Source of the DNA: Roseibacillus sp.
Lineage (GTDB): Bacteria > Verrucomicrobiota > Verrucomicrobiia > Verrucomicrobiales > Akkermansiaceae
Assembly: GCA_965242925.1 (NCBI GenBank)
Contig: CBDEUM010000029.1
Coordinates: 288,001 to 352,000, forward strand
Reading direction: 5' to 3'
DNA length: 64,000 bases
Positions within the stretch are counted from its first letter, which is position 1. Each line of letters opens with the position of its first letter. This document shows positions 1 through 10,435 of this stretch, piece by piece. Made by a program: the position numbers and the translations under genes. A model generated the notes under the pieces. It was not told where the DNA came from and ran no database searches. It worked only from the letters and a program-made list of their open reading frames with translations.

Positions 1-1118
1 CCTATTCCCCTCCGATCATCCCCGGGGAACGGTTGACGGTGGCGTCCTTTCTCAAGGGGCAGGGTTACCACACCGCCTGCATCGGGAAATGGCACCTCGG
101 ACTGAACTGGACCGGGGACAAGAAGTCCCGGCCCGACACCCCGCCGGTCGGGACCCGTTTCGAGGATGGCCCGAATACCCTAGGCTTTGACTACTTTTAC
201 GGGTTCACCCATGCCCGCAACATCGGCTGTATCCTGGAGCAGGATGCGGTGGTGTCGCATGTGGAGCGGATCCGGAACCAGCCGCTCATGATTGCGAAGG
301 CGCTTGAGTACATCGATGAGCGGGCCCGTTCAGGGAAGGAACCCTTCTTCCTCTACTTTCCCATGTGCCCACCCCACAACCCGATCATCCCGGCGCCCGA
401 ATTCACCGGCAAGGGAGGGCTCACCGGCAAGGAGGGCAAGTATGCGGACTGGGTCTACCAGGGCGATCACATGCTGGGCCGGATCCTGGAGGCGCTGGAG
501 AAGAAGGGGTTGGCCGGGAACACCCTCGTCATTGCCACCGGTGATAACGGCGCGGCCAAGCGTCCCTATCCCCCTCTGCGGGCGGCCAAGAGCAGTATCT
601 ACGAGGGCGGCCACCGTGAACCCCTCGCGGTGCGCTGGCCTGGCCGGGTCAAGCCCGGGACGGTGTGTCGCGAACTGGTCTGCCTGAACGATCTCTTCGC
701 AACCTGTGCGGACATCCTGGAGGAAAAACTTCCCCCCGGAGCGGGTGAGGACAGCGTGAGCATCCTTCCACTTCTGGCGGGGGGATCCCAGCCGGTGCGC
801 GAAGCGGCCGTCCACCAGGCTTCCGGCGGGCTTGCCATCCGGCAGGGGCCGTGGAAGCAGATCTTCCACCGGGACGGGCGACGGGAGTTGTTCAATCTCG
901 GTGAGGACATCGGGGAAACCCGAGATCTCAGTGCCTCCCGCAGCGAAGTGGCCAGGCAAATGACCGCCCTGATGCAGCGTTATATCGACCGGGGGCGCAG
1001 TAACCCCGGGCCTCCCCAGAAGAACGACTTTGCCCTGGAACTCTGGGGCACCAAGGAGGAGAGAAAAGAGGGGCGCAAACGAAAAAAGAAAAAACAGGAT
1101 AGCAATGACCAGAACTAA
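1..1118 (+). CDS. Arylsulfatase (5'-truncated by window edge)
   Basis: Frame open from position 3; GY.T.CIGKWHLG, PH.P, GDNG and YEGGHREP sulfatase motifs; catalytic CxPxR lies upstream of the window. Confidence 0.9.
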   Translation, partial: YSPPIIPGERLTVASFLKGQGYHTACIGKWHLGLNWTGDKKSRPDTPPVGTRFEDGPNTLGFDYFYGFTHARNIGCILEQDAVVSHVERIRNQPLMIAKALEYIDERARSGKEPFFLYFPMCPPHNPIIPAPEFTGKGGLTGKEGKYADWVYQGDHMLGRILEALEKKGLAGNTLVIATGDNGAAKRPYPPLRAAKSSIYEGGHREPLAVRWPGRVKPGTVCRELVCLNDLFATCADILEEKLPPGAGEDSVSILPLLAGGSQPVREAAVHQASGGLAIRQGPWKQIFHRDGRRELFNLGEDIGETRDLSASRSEVARQMTALMQRYIDRGRSNPGPPQKNDFALELWGTKEERKEGRKRKKKKQDSNDQN

Positions 1119-2727
1119 TTCAATCCCACCCCTCATGACCTTCCTGTCGACTCATTCCTTTCGACTGGGCGTCTTCCTGCTGACGGCGGTTGCCCTTGTT
1201 GCGGTCCCTTGCCCGGCCGCGGACAAGGGCCCCAATATCCTGTTCATCATCGCCGACGACCAGTCTCCCTTTGACCTGAAGATCTACAATCCGGATTCCT
1301 CCCTCGAGACTCCGAACCTTGATGCGCTGGCGGCCGCTGGCATGGTGTTTGACGGAGCCCATCACATGGGAGCCTGGGTCGGCGGAGTCTGCACGCCGTC
1401 GCGGCACATGGTCATGTCGGGCCGCACGGTCTGGCATATCCCGGACAAGTCGGGCCGGACCATGAACCCGCACGTCTCCAATCCCCGGCTGGTTCCGTCG
1501 AACTTGCCCATGCACACGATGCCGGCTGTCTTCAACCGGGCGGGCTACGACACCATGCGGACCTGCAAGCGGGGCAACAGTTATGAAAAGGCCAACGCCC
1601 TTTTCACCGTGCGGCATGATGCCACCAAGCGGGGAGGCACCGACGAGAGCGGCAGTGCCTGGCATGCCGGGCAGGTCCTGGACTTCCTGGCCGGGCGGGA
1701 AGCGGGGAAGGATACGGATCCCTTCCTGATCTACTTCGGGTTCTCCCATCCGCACGACGTGCGCGACGGCAAGCCCGGCCTCCTGGACAAGTACGGGGCG
1801 GTCAATCACACCGACGAGAACACCCTGCCGCCGGCGAATGCGAAGCAACCGCTTCTTCCCCCCAATTACCTGCCCCGGCATCCCTTTGACAACACCCACA
1901 TGACGGTCCGGGACGAAGTGGGGGTCAAGGGTGTCTGGGCCAGGCGCGACGAGCGAACCATCCGGAACGAACTCGGGCGCGAGTTCGCCTGCAGCGAGAA
2001 CATCGACATCCAGGTTGGCCGGGTTCTCCGCAAGCTGGAGGCCATGGGGGAGCTGGAGAACACCTACGTGTTTTACACCGCTGACCACGGGATGGCCATT
2101 GGCCGCCACGGGTTGCAGGGAAAACAGAACCTCTACGAGCACACCTGGCGAATCCCCTTCATCGTGAAGGGACCGGGAATCAAGGGGGGCTCCCGGGTGA
2201 AGGGCAACATCTACCTCCTCGACGTTCTGGCGACTCTCTGTGACCTGACCGGAATTGAGATTCCCCGGACCAGCGAAGGCACCAGTTTCAAGCCCGTCCT
2301 GCTCGGCCGGAAGCAGACGGTCCGCGAGGTCCTCTACGGCGTGTATTGCGGAGGCGCCCGCCCGGGGATGCGCTGTGTGAAGCAGGGCGACTGGAAACTG
2401 ATCAAGTACCAGTCCGACAAGGGGAAGGTGCGCGAAACCCAGCTCTTCAATCTCGCGCAGAATCCCCACGAGCTCATCAGCCAGCACCGCGGGCAGGAAG
2501 TGATTGAACTCACCGGCCACGAGCCGGGGGAGCACCAGTGCAACCTGGCCGACGATCCGGAACAGGCCGGGAAGCTGGCGGAGATGGAAAAACTTCTCCT
2601 GGCCGAGATGCGCCGGCTCGATGATCCCTACCGGCTCTGGAACCAGCCCGATGATGGTTTGCCGGTGCCCACGATCCGGGAGAAGGTCAACCGTCCGAAG
2701 AGGAAACCACGGAAGAAATCGCAGTGA
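1105..2727 (+). CDS. Sulfatase (choline-sulfatase-like), secreted
   Basis: Signal peptide, PNILFIIADDQ, CTPSR formylglycine motif, ADHG, GKQNLYEH; start ATG 1105 or 1135. Confidence 0.9.
   Translation: MTRTNSIPPLMTFLSTHSFRLGVFLLTAVALVAVPCPAADKGPNILFIIADDQSPFDLKIYNPDSSLETPNLDALAAAGMVFDGAHHMGAWVGGVCTPSRHMVMSGRTVWHIPDKSGRTMNPHVSNPRLVPSNLPMHTMPAVFNRAGYDTMRTCKRGNSYEKANALFTVRHDATKRGGTDESGSAWHAGQVLDFLAGREAGKDTDPFLIYFGFSHPHDVRDGKPGLLDKYGAVNHTDENTLPPANAKQPLLPPNYLPRHPFDNTHMTVRDEVGVKGVWARRDERTIRNELGREFACSENIDIQVGRVLRKLEAMGELENTYVFYTADHGMAIGRHGLQGKQNLYEHTWRIPFIVKGPGIKGGSRVKGNIYLLDVLATLCDLTGIEIPRTSEGTSFKPVLLGRKQTVREVLYGVYCGGARPGMRCVKQGDWKLIKYQSDKGKVRETQLFNLAQNPHELISQHRGQEVIELTGHEPGEHQCNLADDPEQAGKLAEMEKLLLAEMRRLDDPYRLWNQPDDGLPVPTIREKVNRPKRKPRKKSQ
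2422..2705 (+). repeat. Diverged direct repeat, copy 1 (copy 2 at 4326-4609)
   Basis: Collinear 284-bp similarity at constant offset 1904, e.g. GAAACCCAGCTCTTCAATCTCGCGCAGAATCCCCA is identical in both. Confidence 0.9.
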
Positions 2728-4280
2728 GAAACTTCATGATTTCCCGACCGGGAACCCGCCTTCCCGGTGTGCTGACGGTCCTCCTTCTCATGGGCCAGCC
2801 GATGGTCCACGGCGCTGACGAACCTCCCGCCACCGGGAAACCGAACATCGTGCTGATCCTGGCCGACGACGTGAGCGCGGACATGTTTTCCTGTTATGGG
2901 CGACCGGGCTCGGCCCGCACCCCGAACATCGACCGCATCGCCCGCGAAGGGGTGCGTTTCCGCACCTGTTATGCCCCGGCCATCTGCGGACCCTCCCGCG
3001 CGCTCCTCATGACCGGGGTCTACGGCAACCGCACCGGCGCGTTCCGTAACGACATGTGGGCCTTCGGTTCCCGCGGGACCCTGTTCACGGCCCAGCACAG
3101 CTGGGCCAGGCTGCTGGGACAGGGGGGCTACAAGAGCGCCATCGCCGGGAAATGGCACTGTGGTGCGAAAGAGCCGTGGGATCCCGCGGTCGGGTTTGAC
3201 GAATTCTGTGTCTGGGAGGGGCCGGACAAGATCAAGGGGCACTTCGGGATCGACGTCATCGCCAGCGGAAAACGCAGGGACCTCAAGCTTCCCGACCTGC
3301 GCTACTGGTATCCCTCCATGGTCCGGAACGGGAAATACGTCGAGGTCACCGAATCCGACTTCGGTCCTGATCACCGCTGCAGCTTCCTCATGGACTTCAT
3401 GGCGCGCCAGGCCCGGGCCGGGCAGCCCTTCGTGGCCTACTGGCCCACCGTCATCCCGCACGGCCCCTATTCCACCACCCCGGACGCGGGGGCGGTCATG
3501 GACATCGAACTCGGGAAACCCGACCTCACCGGCCTGGACCGGAAGAAGAAGGCCGCGGTCCTCGCGGAGTACAGCCGGCGCCAGCGCCAGCGTTTCGTCA
3601 ACCTCATCGAGTACATGGACAAACTGATCGGCAAACTCATCGCCAGGGCGGAGGAACTGGACATCTACGAGAACACCTATTTCATCTTCTGCTCCGACAA
3701 CGGCACCGCGGTGACCGCCAAGGACCGCGGGGTGGAACGGGGGGTGCACGTCCCCTACGTGGTGAGGGGACCGGGGATCAGGGCCCGGGGGGCCACCGAC
3801 GAACTGACTGACTTCGCCGACATCGCGCCCACTCTCCTCGACATGGCGGACATCACTCATCCCACCGACGTGAAGTTCGATGGCAGGAGCCAGCTGCCCT
3901 TCCTGAAGGGGAAGGTGAAGAGGCACCGGGAGTGGATCTACGCCTACACCGGCCCGGTCCAGGTGGTGCGAACCAGACGCTACCTGCTGGAGGCGCGGGC
4001 TCCCTTCTATGGCCGGCCGCAGGGACGGTTCTACCTGGCCGGGGAAAAGCGGTTCGGGGCGGGCTACCAGCGGGTGGACGACCACCCGGATCACGCCGCG
4101 GCCCGGTCCCGCTTCGAACAGATCATCCGGGGGCTGCCCTCCCACCTTGAGGAGGATCATCCCTTCTGGATCTCCAAGTTCGGCAAGCGCTGGCTGTCCA
4201 ACAATCCCGACCGGACCGAGCTCGCCAGGAAGCAGCTCTACAATCACCCGGACTTCTCGCCCTACGACCAGACCGACTGA
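2724..4280 (+). CDS. Sulfatase, secreted
   Basis: PNIVLILADD, CGPSR, GKWH, SDNG motifs; GTGA overlap with upstream stop. Confidence 0.9.
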   Translation: MRNFMISRPGTRLPGVLTVLLLMGQPMVHGADEPPATGKPNIVLILADDVSADMFSCYGRPGSARTPNIDRIAREGVRFRTCYAPAICGPSRALLMTGVYGNRTGAFRNDMWAFGSRGTLFTAQHSWARLLGQGGYKSAIAGKWHCGAKEPWDPAVGFDEFCVWEGPDKIKGHFGIDVIASGKRRDLKLPDLRYWYPSMVRNGKYVEVTESDFGPDHRCSFLMDFMARQARAGQPFVAYWPTVIPHGPYSTTPDAGAVMDIELGKPDLTGLDRKKKAAVLAEYSRRQRQRFVNLIEYMDKLIGKLIARAEELDIYENTYFIFCSDNGTAVTAKDRGVERGVHVPYVVRGPGIRARGATDELTDFADIAPTLLDMADITHPTDVKFDGRSQLPFLKGKVKRHREWIYAYTGPVQVVRTRRYLLEARAPFYGRPQGRFYLAGEKRFGAGYQRVDDHPDHAAARSRFEQIIRGLPSHLEEDHPFWISKFGKRWLSNNPDRTELARKQLYNHPDFSPYDQTD

Positions 4281-4325
4281 AGAGGCGGGGCTGACCGGAA
4301 AGACCGTGGATTGCCCCTGCCGGGG

Positions 4326-4655
4326 GGAAAGGTGCACGAAACCCAGCTCTTCAATCTCGCGCAGAATCCCCATGAGCTTCTCAGCCAGCATCGTAGCGAG
4401 GAGGTCATTGCCCTGACTGGACACAAGCCGGAGAAAGAAGAGCGGAACCTGGCGCAAGATCCCAGGTATGTCGGTAAGCTGGAGGAGATGGAGACACTTC
4501 TGCTCAAGGAGATGCACCGGCTCGACGACCCCTACCGGCTCTGGAACCAGCCGGATGATGGTCTGCCTGTCCCGGAGGACAGGCAAAAAGTCAATCGGCC
4601 GAAGAGGAAGCGCTCACGAGTCCCGTCACCTTCTGCGGAGGGCAGAGGCTCATGA
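4326..4655 (+). pseudogene. Orphan C-terminal fragment of a sulfatase, paralogous to the end of 1105-2727
   Basis: GKVHETQLFNLAQNPHELL...RLDDPYRLWNQPDDGLPVP matches the C-terminus of the upstream sulfatase; no catalytic domain. Confidence 0.85.
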
Positions 4656-4688
4656 GGTCCTGGTGTTCGCTTTTCCAGCCGGGAATTT

Positions 4689-6125
4689 TCAGGCCAGGAT
4701 CTCGTTGATCACTTTTCCTGCCACGTCGGTAAGACGAAAATCACGACCGTTGAAGAAATAGGTGAGACGTTCGTGATCGATGCCGAGGAGATGGAGGATA
4801 GTGGCGTGCAGGTCGTTGACACTGACCCGGTTTTCCACCGCCTTGTATCCAAATTCGTCACTCGCACCGTAGTGGGCACCCCCCTTGATGCCCCCTCCAG
4901 CCATCCACATGGTGAAGGCGTTGGGATTATGGTCTCGTCCCTTGCCGCTCTGGGCGTCCGAGGTGCGGCCGAATTCACCTCCCCAGACCACGAGGGTATC
5001 CTCGAGCATTCCCCGTGACTTGAGGTCCGAGAGAAGGGCGCCGATGGGCTGATCAACGCTCTTGGCTGCGATCCGATGGTTGGCACCGATGTCATTGTGG
5101 CCGTCCCACGGGACGTCGGCCACGCCACCACCGCCGCCATTGGTCCCGGCGTAGAGCTGCACGAAGCGAACCCCTCTTTCAATGAGCCTTCGGGCCATGA
5201 TGCACTGACGGCCCACGAGCTGGGTCTCCTTCTGGTCCAGTCCGTAGGCCTGCTGAGTGGCTTTCGACTCCTTGTCCACGTCCATGGCTTCCGGAGCAGC
5301 CGTCTGCATCCGGTAGGCGAGTTCGAAGGATTCAATCCGGGCGGCGAGATCCCGTTCGAGGGAACGGGGCTCCCCATGGGCACGATTCATCGCTCTCAGG
5401 ATATCGAGCTGGGCCCGTTGGTGCTGGTCGCCCATGTTCTTGCGTCGTGTCAGATTGCCGATGGGGTTGGTCCCGTTGATTGCGGTGGGTTGGAACTTCT
5501 TTGGAAGGAAGCCGGGTGCCCAGATTGGTTTGCCTCCGCGGGGCATGGCACCGTGCAGGACGACGAACCCGGGAAGGTTCTGGTTTTCGCTGCCGAGGCC
5601 GTAGGTCACCCAGGAACCCATGGCGGGCCGTCCCTGCAGGAACATCCCGGAGTTCATCTCCAGCATGGCCGGGGTGTGATTGTTGGATTGCGAGAAGCAG
5701 GAATAGAGGAAGGCCATGTCGTCCACATGCTTCGCCATGCTCGGGAAAATTTCAGAAACCCAGGTTCCGGACTCGCCGTGCTGCTGCCACTCGAACGGAG
5801 AGGCGAGGATCTTTCCGTTGGTAGTGAAAAATCCGGTCTTGGGATCGGCGCCTTCCAGTTTTTCCCCGTTCCGTTTCTGGAGCTCCGGCTTGTAGTCGAA
5901 GGTGTCGACCTGGGATGGGCTGCCGGGCATGAAAAGCCAGATCACCGACTTTGTCTTCGGCTTGAAGTGCGGTCCGGGGATCGGCATGGAGGCACCGGTC
6001 TGGGAGGCTGTTTGTCCCAGCAGGCCTTCCTCGCTGAGGAGTTTGGTCAGGGCCAGGGAACCGCAGCCCAGTCCTGCCTTCTGGAGGAAGTCGCGGCGGG
6101 AATTATAGAAAAGGGAGTCGCTCAT
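4689..6125 (-). CDS. DUF1501 family protein (Tat-like leader)
   Basis: SRRDFL leader; SVIWLFMPGSPSQVDTFDYKP, ARRLIERGVRFVQ, WDGH, GEFGRT, GRDH. Confidence 0.9.
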   Translation of the reverse strand: MSDSLFYNSRRDFLQKAGLGCGSLALTKLLSEEGLLGQTASQTGASMPIPGPHFKPKTKSVIWLFMPGSPSQVDTFDYKPELQKRNGEKLEGADPKTGFFTTNGKILASPFEWQQHGESGTWVSEIFPSMAKHVDDMAFLYSCFSQSNNHTPAMLEMNSGMFLQGRPAMGSWVTYGLGSENQNLPGFVVLHGAMPRGGKPIWAPGFLPKKFQPTAINGTNPIGNLTRRKNMGDQHQRAQLDILRAMNRAHGEPRSLERDLAARIESFELAYRMQTAAPEAMDVDKESKATQQAYGLDQKETQLVGRQCIMARRLIERGVRFVQLYAGTNGGGGGVADVPWDGHNDIGANHRIAAKSVDQPIGALLSDLKSRGMLEDTLVVWGGEFGRTSDAQSGKGRDHNPNAFTMWMAGGGIKGGAHYGASDEFGYKAVENRVSVNDLHATILHLLGIDHERLTYFFNGRDFRLTDVAGKVINEILA

Positions 6126-6126
6126 A

Positions 6127-8718
6127 TCAGTCTACAAAGATGAATTCGTTCAGGCAGATCACGGTCTGGCAGAAGTCTGCGATCGCCAGTTTCATGGCCT
6201 GCGCATCGCTGCCGTAGGATGCGGCCTGTCCCTGGATGAAGGCAACCATCTGCTGCTGTTCGCCGGGAGCCGGGGGGCGGGCCAGGGCATGAGTGTAGGC
6301 TCTCCGGACCACCTCGTCGACAGGGACCTTGTCGTCGGAATGAATACGCTGGGCAAATTTCTCGGCCATTTCCCGGACATAGGGAGAGTTCATCATGGCC
6401 AGGGCCTGGGGTGGAACCGTGGTGGAGATTCGTTTGCCGATGCTCTGCATGGCGTCCGGGGCATCAAAGAGTTGCAGGATGGGAATCAGGTTACTGCGCT
6501 TCACGGTAAGATAGATGCTGCGCCGGGCATGGCGCTGGTCCACAGTGCCCTTGTCGAACATGCGTTTGTCGAGGGTTCCGCTGACGGCAAGGAGCGAGTC
6601 TCGGATCACTTCCGCCTCCAGGCGGGTGGCTCCCCGCCGCCACCAGAGCCTGTTCTCCGGATCGACCTTGCGGGCGAGTTCGTTGGAGCCTCCCTGCTGG
6701 CGATAGACGGAACTCATCATGATCATCTTGTGGATGGGCTTGAGTTGCCAGCGGTGGCGGATGAGTTCCGCGGCGAGGTGGTCCAGCAGTCCGGGATGGG
6801 TGGGAGCTGCACCCTGGGTCCCAAAGTCGCTGGGCGTGTTCACGATGCCGCGTCCCATGTGGTGCTGCCAGAGGCGGTTCACGATTACGCGCGCAAGGAG
6901 GTGACCGGCTCCCCGCTGTTCGTCGGTGATCCAGTGGGCCAGGGCGACGCGGGGAGGACGATTCTCCGTGGTGGTGAGCCAGTGAGCCTCGTCCGCCCCC
7001 TCTGCCTGCAGGACGCGAAGAAAGGCCGGGGTGGCGAGCTCCTGTTTGGCATTGGAGTTTCCGCGCTCGAGGAAGTAGACCTTGCGGGTGTCACCCCCGA
7101 AGTTGTAGGTCGCTCCTCCCGTGCGGGCTGCATAGATGTTCACCAGGGCCGGCTTGGGAGTTTTCTTGGTGTGCTCCTCGACGGCGAGGTTCAGTTTGCC
7201 CCAGTCCGGGTCCCGCGGGGCGAACCACTTGAGGAGTTCCTGTTTCTGCTTCTCGTTGCGCTTGTCCGGGGACAGGGCGAGGATGTCCTCGATGTTCTTG
7301 GGGACCTCCGGATTGGTGCTGAAGTAGAAGCCGGAACCGCCTCCACCATTGACGATTTTGATCAGCAACTTGTTGGTGCCGGCCTTGAGCTGCAGGGTGA
7401 TCCGGTCCTGGTCCTTGGCCACTCCGCCCTGGACTTCCTTGGCCAGCACGGACTGGCCGTTGAGCCAGACCTTGATGGCATCGTCCCGGCCCAGGGAGAT
7501 GGGGAGAGGGCGCGCCTTGGGGACCTCGATGGTGCGGAAGAGATAGTTCGCGCTGTTGTCTCCCTGGAGGGTGTTGTGGATTACCCCGTCCTTCCATTCC
7601 GGCCTGGCGAGCCACTTCCTGTCACCGTAGGCCTTGGCGAGGTCGATTTCCTTCTCCGGGGGGAAAGCCTCGTTGTAGGCCTTCTTGAAGTCCGCAGCCC
7701 CGAAGGGACCGATATGATGCCAAGGGCTGAGGTTCTCGAGGGAAGCCGGTTTCTCCCGCTTGGCGACCCACTCGGTCAGGCGGGTTGGGAGCACATCCTG
7801 CTCAAAACGGGCCCGGGTTTCGACGAGGGGTTTGTGGGTAGCCTCAAAGCGTTCCTTGTCGGCTTTCGTCTTAGCCGGATCAGGATCGTGAGCATGGTTC
7901 TGGAAGCCGGTTTCCGCGAAGCAGGAGACAAGGCGGTAGTAATCCCTGATTGGAACGGGGTCGTATTTGTGGTCGTGGCAGCGGGCGCATCCGATCGTCA
8001 GGCCGAGCATGGAGGTTCCCATGGTATGGACAATATCGTCCAGTTGCTCGTAGCGACTGCGTTCCCGCTCCTTCTGTGTCTGCTGGGAGGTGAAGGGGCC
8101 AGCCGCCAGGAACCCGGTGGCGGCCTGGGCCATATAGTTTTCCGGTTCTATCTGATCGCCCGCGATCTGCAGTTGGACGAAGCGATCGTAGGGCATGTCT
8201 TCGTTCAGCGCCTTGATGACGAAGTCACGATAGTGATAGGCATCGCCACGGTCCTTGTCGAAGGCGTAGCCATTGCTCTCGGCGAAGCGGGCGAGGTCCA
8301 GCCAGTGGCGGGCCCACCGCTCTCCGTAGTGGGGGCTGGCGAGGAGCCTGTCGATGAGCTTCTCATAGGCCTCCGGAGATTCATTGCCGAGGTAGGCCTC
8401 AATGGCGGCCGGTTCCGGGGGGAGTCCCCAGAGACCAAACATGGCCCGTCGGAAGAGCGTACGCCGGGAGGCTTCCGGGTTCGGGGACAGATTCTGTTTC
8501 TCGAGAGGGGCAAGAATGAAGCGGTCAAGGTGGGTGCGCACCCAGGACTCGTTCTTCACGTCGGGTGGTTTGATGGTCCTGAGGGACTGAAAGGACCAGA
8601 ACTTGCGGCCCTTCTCAAGGTCGATCATCCGGGGAGGGGAAGGGGCTTCCTCGGCGATTGCGATCCCGCCGAGGGCGGTGCAAACCATGGCGGACAGGGC
8701 AATGGGAACACGGCTCAT
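6127..8718 (-). CDS. DUF1549/DUF1553 (PSD1-type) protein with CxxCH and inserted beta-sandwich domain
   Basis: YGERWARHWLDLARFAES, CARCHDHKYDP, ARVIVNRLWQHHMGRG, QALAMMN; start ATG 8718 precedes a signal peptide. Confidence 0.9.
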   Translation of the reverse strand: MSRVPIALSAMVCTALGGIAIAEEAPSPPRMIDLEKGRKFWSFQSLRTIKPPDVKNESWVRTHLDRFILAPLEKQNLSPNPEASRRTLFRRAMFGLWGLPPEPAAIEAYLGNESPEAYEKLIDRLLASPHYGERWARHWLDLARFAESNGYAFDKDRGDAYHYRDFVIKALNEDMPYDRFVQLQIAGDQIEPENYMAQAATGFLAAGPFTSQQTQKERERSRYEQLDDIVHTMGTSMLGLTIGCARCHDHKYDPVPIRDYYRLVSCFAETGFQNHAHDPDPAKTKADKERFEATHKPLVETRARFEQDVLPTRLTEWVAKREKPASLENLSPWHHIGPFGAADFKKAYNEAFPPEKEIDLAKAYGDRKWLARPEWKDGVIHNTLQGDNSANYLFRTIEVPKARPLPISLGRDDAIKVWLNGQSVLAKEVQGGVAKDQDRITLQLKAGTNKLLIKIVNGGGGSGFYFSTNPEVPKNIEDILALSPDKRNEKQKQELLKWFAPRDPDWGKLNLAVEEHTKKTPKPALVNIYAARTGGATYNFGGDTRKVYFLERGNSNAKQELATPAFLRVLQAEGADEAHWLTTTENRPPRVALAHWITDEQRGAGHLLARVIVNRLWQHHMGRGIVNTPSDFGTQGAAPTHPGLLDHLAAELIRHRWQLKPIHKMIMMSSVYRQQGGSNELARKVDPENRLWWRRGATRLEAEVIRDSLLAVSGTLDKRMFDKGTVDQRHARRSIYLTVKRSNLIPILQLFDAPDAMQSIGKRISTTVPPQALAMMNSPYVREMAEKFAQRIHSDDKVPVDEVVRRAYTHALARPPAPGEQQQMVAFIQGQAASYGSDAQAMKLAIADFCQTVICLNEFIFVD

Positions 8719-8849
8719 ATGAGACCCCGATGATAGGCCCTCCGCGCCATTGGGCAAACGGGATCTTCCCGCCCGATGGGAGGACCTCAGTGGGATGGGA
8801 CCGGTATCCCTGGCGGACCGAGCTTCGGCGAGTCTCACCGGTCGGTTTC

Positions 8850-10259
8850 TCAGACCCCGAGCCCTCTGATTGGAAGAGCCTCGGAGATATACTGAGTGAG
8901 CTGTTCGGGGAGTTTGTCCGCCTCGCGGAGTTTTCCCATGTCAAAGAGCGTCCGCATGATCGTTCCCATCAGGTTCCGGGGGCCAAACCCTTCGGTGGCT
9001 GGTTCCGCGGCGATGTTGTCCGACTCTCCGATGACCTGTCCCATGTGGAGTCCTCCCCCGGCGAGGAGGAGGCTGGTGAGCTTCCCATAGTGGTCGCGCC
9101 CGCCATTTTTGCTGAGTTTCGGGGTTCTTCCCATCTCGCTGGTGACCACGAGGAGGACATCATCGCTCAGGCCCCGCTGAGCGAGATCCTCAATGAAGGC
9201 GCTCACCGCGTGATCGACCTGGCCGCCCATGGGGTAGAGCCCCTCCATGTTCTTGGGGCTGTTGTTGTTGGCGTGGTAGTCCCACCCGCAGTCGGAAACC
9301 GTGACAAATCCCGCGCCCTGCTCCACGAGACGGCGGGCCATGAGCATCTGCAGGCCGAGAAGATTACTGGCCCGGCGCATGTCGTGCCAGCGCTGGAGCT
9401 TCTTCTGGTCGAAAAGGGGACGGGTGTCGTAGCGGGCCACCGTGCGGGGATCCTCCCCGGACAGGTCAAAGGCCTTGTCGATGCCGGCGGTGAGGACGTC
9501 GAAGGCCTGTTGCTGGACCCGGTCGGCTCCCTCGATCACCCCTGATTCGTCGGCCTGGCGGCGCAGGCTGTCGAGCTTGGAGAGGAGCGTCCGGCGATCG
9601 GTGAAGCGGTCCGGGTCGAGGGTTAGTTGCATGTCGTCGCGCAGGGGGCCCCCACCCGAGGGATTGAAGGCGCCATTCGGAGCCCCGAGTTTTCCGGGAG
9701 CGGCCACGGTGGGAAGGGCCTTGGTCTCGAAATTGCTCTCGAGCTTCAGGGTAGGATCGACGGCTTCGGGAAGAATGAGGGTGTTGTTGGGAATCGAGGC
9801 CGGTCCGAGGGGGCCTGCCACCTTGGAGTAGATCGCTCCCATCGAGGCCTCAAGGGGGTTGCCGGCGGTGGCGACCGATCCGTAGGTGTGCTGGCCGTTG
9901 TTGGACCCGTAGGAGCGGACCACGGAGAACTTGTCCGCCATCGCGGCCAGTTTGGGAAAGGTTGAGCCGAAGGTGATCCCGGGGAGCTTGGTCTTGATCT
10001 CCCCGGTGATGCTGCGCACCTCCCGCGGAGCGGTCATCTTCGGATCGAAGAATTCAATATGGGGTGCCCCCCCGTGGAGGAAGAGCAGGACCACCGATTT
10101 GCCCCGGAGCACCCCGGGGGTCCCGGCCGCGGCGGCCTTGGTGGCGAGGAGACCCGGAAGCCCCAGTCCGGCCAGGCCGAGGGAACCGACCTGCAGGAAG
10201 TCCCGCCGGGAATAGCCCGCGCAGGTCCGGTTCAGGGAGGGGTCGGAGATACGGATCAT
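8850..10259 (-). CDS. DUF1501 family protein (Tat-like leader)
   Basis: SRRDFLQVG leader; SVVLLFLHGG, ARRLVEQG, WDYH, EMGRTP, GGRDH. Confidence 0.9.
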   Translation of the reverse strand: MIRISDPSLNRTCAGYSRRDFLQVGSLGLAGLGLPGLLATKAAAAGTPGVLRGKSVVLLFLHGGAPHIEFFDPKMTAPREVRSITGEIKTKLPGITFGSTFPKLAAMADKFSVVRSYGSNNGQHTYGSVATAGNPLEASMGAIYSKVAGPLGPASIPNNTLILPEAVDPTLKLESNFETKALPTVAAPGKLGAPNGAFNPSGGGPLRDDMQLTLDPDRFTDRRTLLSKLDSLRRQADESGVIEGADRVQQQAFDVLTAGIDKAFDLSGEDPRTVARYDTRPLFDQKKLQRWHDMRRASNLLGLQMLMARRLVEQGAGFVTVSDCGWDYHANNNSPKNMEGLYPMGGQVDHAVSAFIEDLAQRGLSDDVLLVVTSEMGRTPKLSKNGGRDHYGKLTSLLLAGGGLHMGQVIGESDNIAAEPATEGFGPRNLMGTIMRTLFDMGKLREADKLPEQLTQYISEALPIRGLGV

Positions 10260-10399
10260 GTCAGAAGGAACGTAAAGCCGCTGCCTTTTCTATCCCTTGC
10301 GGGAATCGCTTTCATTAATACACGATTCGATCTCCGGGAGAAAGGCTGAAAATGGATGGGCAGGACCGGTCCTATGTCACTTTTCGTTGCGCTCCAAAC

Positions 10400-10428
10400 T
10401 TGCTCTTAAGGCCGGTTTGTGCTATGCT
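10400..10428 (+). promoter_or_regulatory. Sigma70-type promoter with extended -10
   Basis: TTGCTC (10400-10405), 17-nt spacer, TGnTATGCT (-10 at 10423-10428); predicted start ~10435, at the 5' end of the riboswitch. Confidence 0.7.
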
Positions 10429-10435
10429 TCCGGCA

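Noticed and set aside
6289..8733. Long antisense ORFs (also 2628-4586, 18348-20006, 23402-25741, 27036-28577, 43382-44647)
   Set aside because: Shadow frames of real genes, expected in GC-rich DNA; no motifs
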